A stretch of 64,000 bases of DNA from Desulfuromonadales bacterium (GCA_014860225.1 JACZKE010000063.1:22477-86476); one strand, 5' to 3'. Positions 1 to 9,537 are shown, counted from the first letter of the stretch. Translations and numbers: made by a program. The notes: generated by a model not told the origin, from the sequence alone.

Positions 1-65
1 AAACGGGGAAGGGCACTGGCTCTAACACCGTTCGCCCGTAAAAATGATTTGAAAGGATATGGCGG

Positions 66-386
66 ATGAGTATTTCCAACCGCTTTCGTGATATTGCAAA
101 AGACGTTGCTGCGTTTCGTACACAACTGAAAAGTTGTGATCCCAGCGCTGAGCAAGGAGCGCGTGTTGTTAAAAAGGCCAGCAAAGGTTTGCAGGAATGG
201 GTCGATCAGGTCGGTGAAATTCCCCGTATGCGTCTTGAATCACAGCTGACGCCGATCCTGCTTAAAGCCCATGATACCCTCGATAAGGCTCGTCTTATCT
301 TTGAGGAGGTAGAAGGTCTCGATGCGCAGGCTGATGCTACCTGGGAACTGCAGCAAAAAATCTACCGACTGCTGAATGATCTTTAA
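66..386 (+). CDS. hypothetical small protein
   Basis: 106-aa ORF with no better competing ORF; family not recognised. Confidence 0.35.
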   Translation: MSISNRFRDIAKDVAAFRTQLKSCDPSAEQGARVVKKASKGLQEWVDQVGEIPRMRLESQLTPILLKAHDTLDKARLIFEEVEGLDAQADATWELQQKIYRLLNDL

Positions 387-850
387 ACGTCTTCGCTGCG
401 ATATTTAATTTGCGCACCTTTCAGGAAATTTCGCAAGATCTGATCTTTGCACTCGCGGTAGTGTTTGTGATCCGGTCTGCGGAAAAACGCGCTTAATTCG
501 TGCTTGCCTACGGGGAAGTTCGCCAGGGCCATGATTTCGCAGATGTCATCGGCTTTGAGGTTCAGCGCGATTTTTAATTTCACGAAAATGATGTTGTTGG
601 TTAAGTGCTTCTCCGGGTCCGGTTGCGCCCCTTCCTTTTTCCCCCGTTTATCGTTGATTAAACCATTCAGAAAAAGCGCGAGTTTTGTATCGCTGCATTT
701 CTGATAGGCAGGGTCATCATCTTTTTTTAACTAGGCGCTGATCTGCTCCCTCGTTACCCGGTGATCAGCCAGGCTAAAGATAGAGATCATTTGCGAATCG
801 CTCAGGTCGAAGATGTATCGGATGCGTCGCAAAATATCGTTGTTGGTCAT
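383..850 (-). pseudogene. DUF1456 (YehS-like) family gene interrupted by one in-frame TAG (731-733)
   Basis: Continuous 156-codon frame from ATG at 850-848: MTNNDILRRIRYIFDLSDSQMISIF...REQISA-TAG-LKKDDDPAYQKCSD...KLKIALNLKADDICEIMALANF...; two-repeat DUF1456 architecture; the ORF track shows only the C-terminal 66 aa. Confidence 0.7.
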
Positions 851-937
851 AATCCTGTTCCTTTACCGCCTCCGTAGTTTCACTCGGAACGATGACTGAA
901 GAGCAAAGGTCGGGGATAGCAGTTTACCTGTTTGCCG

Positions 938-1648
938 TTAGAATGTGCCGCGGCGACGGCCACCTGATGATTTGCCGATTATCCAACCCAGGAGCAGCAC
1001 TCCGGCCCCGGCTAAAAACCACTTGATGATAGCGGACATGGTGAGATCTTTCACTTGATCTTTGAGGCTGGCGACATCGGTTGTCAGCTCCTGGTTGGTT
1101 TCTCGCAGCTGATCACGCTCGCGGGCGATGTTTACGACATCCTCTGCGTCTTTTTGCAACGTCTCGTAATCCTGGCTGATGCGGGTCAGGGTGGTCTGGC
1201 TTTCTTCAAGCTTTTCACGTAACTCATCGAGCTGCTTGTCACTCTCAGCCAATTGCGTGGCCAGCTCCTGCTGAGTCTTGTCGCCTCGAGAGGTAACTGT
1301 AGCCAGTTGACGCTGCATCTCCGCGACTTTAACGGCTAGGCGATCACGTTCCTGCTGCAGCTGTCTGATAATGATTGCCTTCGGTGTTTCTGGTAACAGG
1401 TAGTGCGTTTGGACATAGCCAATCTCTCCTGCCTTGGTCTTGACCTTGACAAAATCACCCGCATCTTCAAGAACCTCAACCGGTGTGTCGGTCTTTAAAT
1501 GGGTAATTGACTGAGCATTCTGCTGTGGCTTCTCGCGCAAGGTGACAATCAATTGGTCAGAGATATAGCGTGTCTCTGCCCGGGCGGTTGTCGCCAGGAG
1601 AGTCAACACGATCAGAGCCGGTCCTGCGATGCGCCAGCAGTTTTTCAT
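938..1648 (-). CDS. SH3-domain protein with coiled coil and C-terminal TM anchor (TIGR04211-like)
   Basis: Start moved to MKNCWRIAGPALIVLTLLATTARA (signal peptide) with GGAGG SD upstream; SH3-like N-domain, long coiled coil, C-terminal hydrophobic helix. Confidence 0.65.
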   Translation of the reverse strand: MKNCWRIAGPALIVLTLLATTARAETRYISDQLIVTLREKPQQNAQSITHLKTDTPVEVLEDAGDFVKVKTKAGEIGYVQTHYLLPETPKAIIIRQLQQERDRLAVKVAEMQRQLATVTSRGDKTQQELATQLAESDKQLDELREKLEESQTTLTRISQDYETLQKDAEDVVNIARERDQLRETNQELTTDVASLKDQVKDLTMSAIIKWFLAGAGVLLLGWIIGKSSGGRRRGTF

Positions 1649-1833
1649 AGTAACGCCTCCATGAATCTGTTCAGATGTATTTATGCAAATGGCCAGGAGC
1701 CCGCAAAGTTGGCCGATTGCTAGATATTTACTGGAGTTCAGGTAAACACCCTCCGGGTCGAACCCATCAGCAGATTCTGCCATTCAAGTACGAAGAATTC
1801 CTCTCCTGGCATGCTGATCTGATGTCTTGCCCG

Positions 1834-3312
1834 TCAAAGCTTGTTGATGGCAGCTCGCCATCGCTCAAGCAGAGACTTGCGCCAGGCGTTGCCTGCCAGC
1901 GGTACAAAACAACGCTCCTCTTGCCAGCTTGCGGCAAGCTCCTGAGTATTATTCCAGAAGCCGATGGCCAACCCTGCAAGCATGGCTGCTCCAAGAGCGG
2001 TGGTTTCCACGGTCTTGGGCCGGGAGACGGGGCGGTTTATGAGGTCGGCTTGCATCTGCATCAACAGGTTGTTTCGGGCGGCCCCGCCATCAACCTTGAG
2101 GATCGAAGCTTGTTTGCCAAGGTCATCAGCCATTGCCATCACCAGATCGTGGATCTGCAGGGCGATCCCTTCCAGGGTGGCACGGGCAATATGCGCTGCC
2201 GTCGTCCCGCGGGTCAAGCCCGTTATCTGTCCGCGTGCCTCACTACGCCAGTGTGGCGCACCCAAGCCGGTCAGTGCAGGCAGAAAGACAACACCATCTG
2301 TGTCGGGGACTTGTTGAGCCAGGGCTTCGATTCCCGCAGAAGTGTGGATCAGGCCAAGTCCATCCCGCAGCCATTGGACAGCCGCTCCGGCGATAAAGGC
2401 GCTGCCCTCCAGAGCGTAGCAGGTTTTGCCGTTAAGTTGCCAGGCAACCGTGGTCAGCAGCCCGTGCTTACTGGGCAAAGGCTGATCGCCGATGTTCTCG
2501 AGAATAAACGCTCCGGTGCCATAGGTGCATTTCGCCTGGCCGATTTCAAAGCAGGCTTGGCCAAAGAGGGCTGCCTGCTGATCACCTGCCATGCCGGCAA
2601 TCGGTATGCCGTCGGGAAGAAAGTCGAGCCCGGAGGTGTGACCGTAAACTTGTGATGAAGGCACGATCTCAGGGAGGATGCTGCGGGGCACCTCAAGTGG
2701 TATGAGCAGGTCATCGTGCCAATCGAGGCTTTGCAGGTCCATCATCAGTGTACGCGAGGCATTGGCAACATCGGTCACGTGGATTTTGCCGCCGGTCAAA
2801 CGCCAGACAAGAAAACTGTCTATGGTGCCGAATGCCAAACGGCCGTCTTCGGCCCGCCGTTTCAGATGCGATGACTGTTGAAACAGCCAGGTCAGCTTGG
2901 TGCCGGAGAAATAGGGGTCGATTACCAGGCCGGTCCGACGACGATACATTTCCTCCAGCCCTTGATTTTTGAGATTCTCACAGATTGGTGCTGAACGACG
3001 GCATTGCCAGACGATGGCGTTGGCTGCCGGACGGTTGTCGGAGCGTTCCCAAAGCAGAGCGGTTTCACGCTGGTTGGTGATGCCGATTGCCATGATCTGT
3101 CTGCTTGCGGTGTCGGTCGCCTCAAGCAGTTCGAGGGTTGCCTGGTGTACGGAGGCCCAGATTTCTTCGGGGTCGTGCTCGACCCAACCAGGTTTCGGGA
3201 AGTGCTGAGGAAAATCAACAGTGCGATGCCCATGGACACGCAAGTCGTGGCCGACCAGCAGGGCCGTGGTGCCGGTTGTCCCTTGATCTATCGCGAGTAT
3301 AAACTCTTGCAT
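1834..3312 (-). CDS. glpK: glycerol kinase
   Basis: 492 aa; N-terminal ILAIDQGTTGTT sugar-kinase motif and full-length FGGY-kinase resemblance. Confidence 0.95.
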   Translation of the reverse strand: MQEFILAIDQGTTGTTALLVGHDLRVHGHRTVDFPQHFPKPGWVEHDPEEIWASVHQATLELLEATDTASRQIMAIGITNQRETALLWERSDNRPAANAIVWQCRRSAPICENLKNQGLEEMYRRRTGLVIDPYFSGTKLTWLFQQSSHLKRRAEDGRLAFGTIDSFLVWRLTGGKIHVTDVANASRTLMMDLQSLDWHDDLLIPLEVPRSILPEIVPSSQVYGHTSGLDFLPDGIPIAGMAGDQQAALFGQACFEIGQAKCTYGTGAFILENIGDQPLPSKHGLLTTVAWQLNGKTCYALEGSAFIAGAAVQWLRDGLGLIHTSAGIEALAQQVPDTDGVVFLPALTGLGAPHWRSEARGQITGLTRGTTAAHIARATLEGIALQIHDLVMAMADDLGKQASILKVDGGAARNNLLMQMQADLINRPVSRPKTVETTALGAAMLAGLAIGFWNNTQELAASWQEERCFVPLAGNAWRKSLLERWRAAINKL

Positions 3313-3475
3313 GGCGTCTCCTGAAGCTGTTGCCGAAGGAAGAGATAGTTGAATCAGTATAGGGAAACCCGAGATTCAGTCAAGGTTGCTCGATTATTGC
3401 AACTGTAACGATTTACCCGGCACAGAAATTCAATTACTGTAATTTATTACGCAAACAGAAAAGGGGATTGAAGCT

Positions 3476-3778
3476 ATGGAAGAAAAGAAACCAAAAGAAG
3501 TTAAACTGGAGATCCAGCTTGACGAAGAGGTTGCCCAGGGAATGTATGTCAACCTGGCGGTCGTCAATCATAATGAATCTGAGTTCGTGGTAGACTTCAT
3601 TTTTGTCCAGCCGCAAGCACCCAGGGCGAAAGTGCGTTCAAGGGTGATCCTTTCCCCTCAGCATGCCAAGCGTTTGATTGCCGCACTCGAGGCCAATATC
3701 GGTCGCTATGAGCAGAACTTTGGTGAGATTACCCCGGTTCTGCAGTCTGTCGATGATCCGACAGGGCATTATCATTAA
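3476..3778 (+). CDS. DUF3467 domain protein
   Basis: 100 aa; ...GMYVNLAVVNHNESEFVVDFIFVQP... typical of DUF3467. Confidence 0.65.
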   Translation: MEEKKPKEVKLEIQLDEEVAQGMYVNLAVVNHNESEFVVDFIFVQPQAPRAKVRSRVILSPQHAKRLIAALEANIGRYEQNFGEITPVLQSVDDPTGHYH

Positions 3779-3868
3779 GCATGCAAGTGCAATTCGCATC
3801 ATTAACGAGCGTGAGAGCCGTCACAAACGATCAGCTTTCCTTGGCGGACCTTAAGTCTGGGTGGAATT

Positions 3869-4510
3869 ATGAAGTACTTCCTGAAATGTTTTTTTCTGTT
3901 CATGCTGGTCACGGCCGTATCGGCAGACCCCGGCATCATCCGGATTGGCAGCTTTGCCGAATCTGGCCTGGAAGGCTGGTCTGAAAAAAGTTTCAAGGGT
4001 AAAACAGCGTACCGCATTGTAGAAGATGCGGGGCTCAATGTGCTGCAGGCCAAAAGTGAGGGCACTGCCTCCGGGCTTGTTTTTGAAATAGAATACGATG
4101 CAGAGGACTATCCGATTTTGTCCTGGCGCTGGAAGGTGGCCAATATCATTGCCAAGGGAGACAGCCGCATCAAGACAGGTGACGACTACGCCGCCAGGGT
4201 TTACGTGGTTTTCCCTCACTGGTTTTTCCCGAAGACCAGAACGCTCAATTACATCTGGGCAAACCGCCTGCCCAAAGAGGCAGTTCAGGTCAACGCTTAT
4301 CTGAGCAGTGCCGTGATGATCGCCGTGGAAAGCGGCGTTGAGCATGTCGGTGAGTGGCGAGCTGAACGGCGCAATATTGTCGATGATTACCGTCGGGCTT
4401 TTGGCGAGGACCCTCCGTCCATCGGTGCAATCGCCATTATGACCGATACCGACAACACGGGGGAATCAGCGGTTGCCTGGTACGCTGATATCCTGGCCAG
4501 TCGACAATAA
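3869..4510 (+). CDS. DUF3047 domain protein (secreted)
   Basis: 213 aa with signal peptide; GWSEKSFKGKTAYRIV... pattern of DUF3047. Confidence 0.65.
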   Translation: MKYFLKCFFLFMLVTAVSADPGIIRIGSFAESGLEGWSEKSFKGKTAYRIVEDAGLNVLQAKSEGTASGLVFEIEYDAEDYPILSWRWKVANIIAKGDSRIKTGDDYAARVYVVFPHWFFPKTRTLNYIWANRLPKEAVQVNAYLSSAVMIAVESGVEHVGEWRAERRNIVDDYRRAFGEDPPSIGAIAIMTDTDNTGESAVAWYADILASRQ

Positions 4511-4684
4511 AACTTTTTGACCTTAGTGGCCCCGCTGTACAGATTACAGATCTATGGGTTATATTTGTGCTCCATGATGAACAGCTCAGATTGACATTGT
4601 TTTTGCCGGTATAATTGAAGCGTGAATTGATCTATAATGGGTTGTCTGCCATCTCTGGCAGTTTTCTGGACGTGGGAGGTTCTT

Positions 4685-4870
4685 ATGTCACTGGTTAAAA
4701 CTTGGTACACCCCTGAAGCGGCAGCAGATAAGTTCGGGATCCAACTCGGCAAGTTAATGGAGTGGGTTTCAGAAGGTTTGGTGCGGGCTGAGCGGGAAGG
4801 CGAGAAGGTTGTGCGGGTCAATATCGATGATGTGCGTATAGAAGTGGAGACTTTGGTAGGGGGGTCCTGA
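4685..4870 (+). CDS. small helix-turn-helix (MerR-superfamily/excisionase-like) DNA-binding protein
   Basis: Start at ATG 4685 preceded by GGGAGG; MSLVKTWYTPEAAADKFGIQLGKLMEWVSEGLVRAERE.. resembles HTH_17-type proteins. Confidence 0.4.
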   Translation: MSLVKTWYTPEAAADKFGIQLGKLMEWVSEGLVRAEREGEKVVRVNIDDVRIEVETLVGGS

Positions 4871-5007
4871 TTTTACGCTTATCTGAACATGGTGAGTCTT
4901 GATTCTTGCAAGTAAAAAAGAGCCCTTGTGCTATCTCTCCCGGCCCTGGTGGCCGGGAAATCTCCTGAAATCCTCCCTGAGTGCTGTTGCAACCGGACTC
5001 GAGGTTG

Positions 5008-5295
5008 TCAACAGCTGCCCCCACAATCGCAGCTCGGTTCCTTGCCGGTCAGCCAGCCGCTGATAATGGCGCTGGCACAGCCGACCCCCGCTTTTACCGT
5101 CAAGGCCTCGACCGGGCAATTGCCGGCACAAGCCCCACACTCGATACAGGCGTCACGATCCACCAACAGTGCTTTCTTCCCCTCGATAGCGAATACGCCG
5201 TGGGGGCAGACCTCTGCACACATACCACAACCGATACATTTCTCAGCATTCAATCTCAAAGTGACAACATTCTCAAGGTAACGCAGTGACGGCAT
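5008..5295 (-). CDS. hgcB: mercury methylation ferredoxin HgcB
   Basis: 95 aa; two CxxCxxCxxxCP motifs (CIGCGMCAEVCP, CIECGACAGNCP), conserved internal GVGCA Cys and Cys-rich C-terminus (CDCGGSC); lies immediately downstream of hgcA. Confidence 0.85.
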   Translation of the reverse strand: MPSLRYLENVVTLRLNAEKCIGCGMCAEVCPHGVFAIEGKKALLVDRDACIECGACAGNCPVEALTVKAGVGCASAIISGWLTGKEPSCDCGGSC

Positions 5296-5333
5296 TCTTT
5301 ATATCCTTTCGACCTCTATGCTCGAGGCTTGGC

Positions 5334-6503
5334 TTAAAAGGCTGAAACCAGCCAGCAAAGTCCACCAACCAGCATTGCGGCTACCTGGGCAGGAATCGTC
5401 TGACGCATCTCTTTTTCAACGCCAGATGGTGAGGTGAAGGTTGATGACCCGGTAAAGTTCATGGCACACCAGGATGAGACGGCCGAAACCGTCGTAATCA
5501 GGGCCAGGGAGTTCAGCCAGTTGAGCGATTCATTAAATAGCAGAACGCCGAGAAGGCCCACTGCCAGGCCGGCCGATGCACCCTTTATGGCAAAAGCTCG
5601 TCCCGGCAGCCATGGGAGCAGTAGCGGAGCTATGACTGCACCGGTAAACAGTCCGGCCAGACCTGCCGCTACAGCAGCACCCCCGCGGGTCCATGCGGTA
5701 GAGAAAGAGAAAATCTGCGGGCCGATGCCGCCGAGAATAAAGAGGGCCAGGATGCTCCATAGGACGTGCTGCCACATACTGACCAGCTCCACTGGAGTCA
5801 GAACCAGTCGTTCGATGAAACTGAAGGTTACCCGACGCATTTCCGGTGTGACTTTCTGTCCGTTTTTCAGAAACTCATGCAGGTCATTGCTGCGGACCGG
5901 GCCATAAATAACCTTGAAGCCACTGGCCTTGCTGACTTTGTGGGCAGCAACACCTGGTGCGCCGAGCTGGGGTAAGATCAGGGTCCGGTGGTTGATCACC
6001 TGCGGCAGCTTCGATCTCTGCAGCTGACGTAAAATCTCGTCCGTGCCGAAAGTCCCCTTGCCGGCGGCGCACCAGACATTGACTCCTTTAGTGTTGAGCA
6101 CCAGCAGCCAGGCATCATGGTCGTGCATATCACGGCGGACAATGTCGAAGGTCATTTTGTAGTTGGCTGTCACCAGAACCGGGCTGTCATCAGATGGTGT
6201 ACCGATGGCGTAGAGCCCTGGTGCAATGCTGTAACGTGCGCGACCGAGCCCCCAACGCATTTGCCAGCGGCCAATAATGTCTGCAGCTGTGAGGCGCGTC
6301 GCAATTTGTGGGATTTTCCCGGCCGAACTGTCCAGCCAGCCACAGACAAAGGGCCATAGCTTGTAGCCTGGCAGGTCAGAAGCAGCCGTCGGGCAGCAGT
6401 TCCCGGAGTCATTCCAGGGAGAGCAGCAAGCCTCGGCAGGTGCTGGTGGCGCACAACAGGCTGTTTCGTTCCCCGGTGGTGGGCAGCAGTTGTTTTCGCT
6501 CAT
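5334..6503 (-). CDS. hgcA: mercury methylation corrinoid protein HgcA
   Basis: Cap-helix signature NVWCAAGKG, CFeSP-like corrinoid domain, then a C-terminal multi-TM domain; start placed at ATG 6503-6501 (MSENNCC..), which overlaps the upstream stop as TGATG. Confidence 0.9.
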   Translation of the reverse strand: MSENNCCPPPGNETACCAPPAPAEACCSPWNDSGNCCPTAASDLPGYKLWPFVCGWLDSSAGKIPQIATRLTAADIIGRWQMRWGLGRARYSIAPGLYAIGTPSDDSPVLVTANYKMTFDIVRRDMHDHDAWLLVLNTKGVNVWCAAGKGTFGTDEILRQLQRSKLPQVINHRTLILPQLGAPGVAAHKVSKASGFKVIYGPVRSNDLHEFLKNGQKVTPEMRRVTFSFIERLVLTPVELVSMWQHVLWSILALFILGGIGPQIFSFSTAWTRGGAAVAAGLAGLFTGAVIAPLLLPWLPGRAFAIKGASAGLAVGLLGVLLFNESLNWLNSLALITTVSAVSSWCAMNFTGSSTFTSPSGVEKEMRQTIPAQVAAMLVGGLCWLVSAF

Positions 6504-7576
6504 CAGCTTCCCGACAGCTTGCGACCGCCGCACTCCTTGAGTTTGGCATGAGCATGACGTAACATACGCTCAGTTGTCTCCCAGTTGACGCATTTGTCGG
6601 TAATCGATACGCCGTAGGTCAGGTCTTCAAGCTTGTCGGCCATCTTCTGATTGCCTTCCTTGAGAAAGCTTTCGATCATCACTGAGCCGATGCTGCCGTT
6701 GCCTTCGGAAACCTGGTTTAGTACATCAGCCAGAACGATCTCCTGACGGGTGTGGTCCTTGCAGGAGTTGGCGTGGCTGCAGTCAACCATGATAGAGGTT
6801 TTGATCCCGGCCTTCTCGAGCATCTCCATGGTCGTAGCAATATCTGACACCTGGTAGTTCGGTTGGTCGTTGCCGCCGCGCAGGACAATGTGTGAGTCGG
6901 GGTTGCCGGTGGTCCGGACAATTGAGATTCGGCCTTCGCGGTTGACCCCGATGAAATTATGCGAATGGCGGGCGGCACCCATGGCGTCGATCGCGATTTG
7001 CAGGTTACCGTCGGTACCATTTTTAAAGCCAATGGGGAAGGAGAGGCCACTCGACATCTCCCGGTGGGTTTGGCTCTCGGTGGTACGCGCTCCGATGGCT
7101 CCCCAGCTGATCGTGTCCGCCATGTATTGTGGAGTGATCGGGTCGAGCATTTCGGTTGCTACCGGAAGTCCCATGGCGGTAATGTCGAGCATCAACCTGC
7201 GAGCGATACCAAGACCCTTGGGAATCTGATGTGTGCCATTAAGGTCCGGATCGTTGATTAATCCTTTCCAGCCGATAGTGGTGCGAGGTTTCTCAAAATA
7301 GACACGCATTACCAGCAGCAGCTGGTCTTGCAGCTCAGCATTTAGTTTCGCCAGACGGCCGGCGTATTCCATGGCAGCTTTCGGATCATGGATGGAGCAA
7401 GGGCCGACCACAACCATCATGCGTGGATCGCGTGACCAGAGGATATCCTTGATCTGCTTGCGGGAGTTGGCGACAAATTCGGCGGCTTTATCCGAGAGGG
7501 GCAGGACCTGTTTAAGGTCTGCCGGGGCAATCAGCGGTGTCAGGCCGCTTACATTGAGATTGTTGGTCCGAACCAT
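6503..7576 (-). CDS. 3-deoxy-7-phosphoheptulonate (DAHP) synthase, class I
   Basis: MVRTNNLNVSGLTPLIAP..., ...VVVGPCSIHD..., ...MVDCSHANS... class I AroF/G/H-type motifs; start at ATG 7576 with AGGAGA SD. Confidence 0.9.
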   Translation of the reverse strand: MVRTNNLNVSGLTPLIAPADLKQVLPLSDKAAEFVANSRKQIKDILWSRDPRMMVVVGPCSIHDPKAAMEYAGRLAKLNAELQDQLLLVMRVYFEKPRTTIGWKGLINDPDLNGTHQIPKGLGIARRLMLDITAMGLPVATEMLDPITPQYMADTISWGAIGARTTESQTHREMSSGLSFPIGFKNGTDGNLQIAIDAMGAARHSHNFIGVNREGRISIVRTTGNPDSHIVLRGGNDQPNYQVSDIATTMEMLEKAGIKTSIMVDCSHANSCKDHTRQEIVLADVLNQVSEGNGSIGSVMIESFLKEGNQKMADKLEDLTYGVSITDKCVNWETTERMLRHAHAKLKECGGRKLSGS

Positions 7577-7778
7577 GAAGTTTCTCCTGATGCGTAGGGT
7601 CAAAAGCGATATTATGCCCTGTAAAACGGAAAAAAATCAATAAGATTTAAGGCTTTAGCTACATCATATGATTGACACATTTCCAGTGAACACGTTATAT
7701 ATCAATATTATTAAGTCTTTATTTTGTTAAGACTTTTTTTGAACCGGGTCTTGAACAGTATCCCATCTAGGAGCCTTC

Positions 7779-8069
7779 ATGGATATTCTGATCAGTGCAG
7801 TCTTTCAGGTTTTGCAAGCTATTCTTTCGATCTATTTCTGGATTGTAATCGCTCGTGCGTTGATTTCCTGGGTCAATCCAGACCCTTATAACCCCATTGT
7901 TCGATTCCTGCACACTGCAACAGACCCGGTACTTGACCGCATGCGGCGGATTCTGCCATTGCAGTTCGGCGCCATGGACTTTTCTCCAATCGCGTTGCTG
8001 ATCCTGATCAGTGTGCTTCAGAACATATTGGCCCAGATTCAGTACAAGTTAACTTACGGCGGCTTATAG
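7779..8069 (+). CDS. yggT: YggT family membrane protein
   Basis: 96 aa, two TM segments; ...IYFWIVIARALISWVNPDPYNPIVRFL.. typical YggT. Confidence 0.8.
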   Translation: MDILISAVFQVLQAILSIYFWIVIARALISWVNPDPYNPIVRFLHTATDPVLDRMRRILPLQFGAMDFSPIALLILISVLQNILAQIQYKLTYGGL

Positions 8070-8074
8070 GGATT

Positions 8075-8788
8075 ATGATGCGAATCAGCCCGATCGATAT
8101 TCAACAGAAACAATTCAAATCGCGTCCTTTAGGTTATGAAAAAGCGGGTGTCGACCAGTTTCTTGAGCTCCTTGCAGAAGAGTTGGAGCGGTTACAGCGC
8201 AAGAACCAGGATTTGCAGGAGGAGTTGGCCCGTACGAACGCGACGCTGGGAGAAATGCGTGAGCGCGAGGAGACTCTCAAGGAAACCCTGGTGCTCACCC
8301 AAAAAATAACCGAGGAGCTGAAGTCGACTGCACGCCGCGAGGTGGATGTCATGATGGCCGAGGCAGAGATCAAGGCCGAACGCCTGATGCATAATGCCGA
8401 AGAGCGACGTATACAGTTGATTGAAGAGATTCAGGAAATCAAGCGGCAGAAGATAGATTTTGAAGTCAGTCTGCGGGGTTTGTTGGAGAAGCATATCCGC
8501 ATGCTTGATCTGGATACCGTGGCCATTGAACAGCAGGATGCCTATGCCAGGTTGCTTGAAGAACCTCTGCCGTTCAGTAAACAGCATGTTCAAAACAGCG
8601 AAGAGCAAGCCTCCGATTTTTCCGATCATGCAGAGAAAACGGTTGAGGAGGCAGAATTCACCGAGGCGGATCACTCTGATTCAGAAGCTGAGGAATCCGA
8701 TGATCCGTCCTCTGCGGCCAAAGCACCGAAGCTCTTTTTCGAGTTTGAGCTCGATGAAGATAATTGTGAAGAGGACTTGCTCAAGTGA
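8075..8788 (+). CDS. DivIVA domain protein
   Basis: N-terminal ISPIDIQQKQFKSRPLGYEKAGVDQFLELL DivIVA motif, coiled coil, acidic tail. Confidence 0.8.
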   Translation: MMRISPIDIQQKQFKSRPLGYEKAGVDQFLELLAEELERLQRKNQDLQEELARTNATLGEMREREETLKETLVLTQKITEELKSTARREVDVMMAEAEIKAERLMHNAEERRIQLIEEIQEIKRQKIDFEVSLRGLLEKHIRMLDLDTVAIEQQDAYARLLEEPLPFSKQHVQNSEEQASDFSDHAEKTVEEAEFTEADHSDSEAEESDDPSSAAKAPKLFFEFELDEDNCEEDLLK

Positions 8789-9090
8789 TTATCCCTTGCC
8801 TGCGGGAGACCAGCGCAGGCGTTGAAGTTTCTCTCTTCATCCAACCCCGCGCCAGTCGCAACAAGGTCGTCGGCCTGCAAGGTGAGGAACTCAAGATTGC
8901 TCTGACGGCTCCACCTGTTGACGGTGCCGCCAACAAGGCTTGTTGTCTTTTTGTTGCCAAGTTTTGCTGCTTGCCCAAGAGCTGTGTTAAACTGATTTCC
9001 GGTGAGGCTTCCCGTCACAAGCGTGTCTTGCTTGAAGGTGCAGGCTTCCATGAAATAAGTTGTCTGCTGAATGATTTGTTGAGGGCTTGA
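8785..9090 (+). CDS. DUF167 (YggU) family protein
   Basis: GTG start overlaps the divIVA stop; ...IQPRASRNKVVGLQGEELKIALTAPPVDGAANKA.. DUF167 signature. Confidence 0.75.
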   Translation: MIIPCLRETSAGVEVSLFIQPRASRNKVVGLQGEELKIALTAPPVDGAANKACCLFVAKFCCLPKSCVKLISGEASRHKRVLLEGAGFHEISCLLNDLLRA

Positions 9091-9146
9091 CATCTGCCAG
9101 CAAAGCTATTAAATTACGGACGAATTTTCCCATGAGGTGATGCGCT

Positions 9147-9395
9147 ATGCCGATGTATGAATATCAATGTAAAGATTGTGGACTGGTCTTCGAGGCCCGT
9201 CAGAAGTTTTCCGATGCACCGTTGACCGCATGCAAAGTGTGCGACGGGCAGGTCACAAAAATGATCTCCCAGACCGGGTTCGCTCTCAAGGGGAGCGGTT
9301 GGTACGAACAGGGGTATGGCAGCAAACCAGCAGCCTGTCCTTCGGCTGACAGCGGCGGTGGTTGCGCCGGTTGTCCGAAAGCCGCCAACGAATAG
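9147..9395 (+). CDS. FmdB-family zinc-ribbon protein
   Basis: MPMYEYQCKDCGLVFE...CKVCDG CxxC..CxxC zinc ribbon. Confidence 0.8.
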   Translation: MPMYEYQCKDCGLVFEARQKFSDAPLTACKVCDGQVTKMISQTGFALKGSGWYEQGYGSKPAACPSADSGGGCAGCPKAANE

Positions 9396-9424
9396 GGCTT
9401 TGTGCGTTAGAATAATGTAGAAAA

Positions 9425-9454
9425 GGGACGGAATTGAATTCTGTCCCTTTTTTT
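9425..9454 (+). terminator. intrinsic terminator
   Basis: GGGACGGAATT/AATTCTGTCCC stem followed by TTTTTTT. Confidence 0.7.
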
Positions 9455-9537
9455 GTTGATCCTTTTGCAGCCCCGGTGTAGTGGAGAACTGTTAATATAC
9501 TAAACAGAAGGTTTTGTTTCAGTTAGTGGGTGGATAG

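Noticed and set aside
731-733. TAG in the DUF1456 gene as pyrrolysine
   Set aside because: There is no pyl gene context or methylamine methyltransferase here, and Pyl is not expected in this lineage. A nonsense mutation or sequencing error is far more likely.
1675-2655. Long ORFs antisense to or overlapping well-supported genes (e.g. 1675-2655 vs glpK, 10745-11653 vs folD, 11844-12440 vs metV-like, 12803-13468, 27000-27779 vs cytochrome c, 33151-33723 and 33817-34452 vs nrfA, 38943-39554, 28904-29578, 31435-32172)
   Set aside because: These are shadow ORFs typical of GC-rich coding DNA. Their products are low-complexity (Arg/Gly/Pro/Ser-rich) without recognisable motifs, while the opposite-strand genes have clear family signatures.
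6503-6533. hgcA start at ATG 6533 (MRRSQAVGKL..)
   Set aside because: It would overlap the DAHP synthase by 31 nt. The ATG at 6503 gives the common TGATG coupling and starts right at the Cys-rich N-terminus. The upstream start cannot be excluded.
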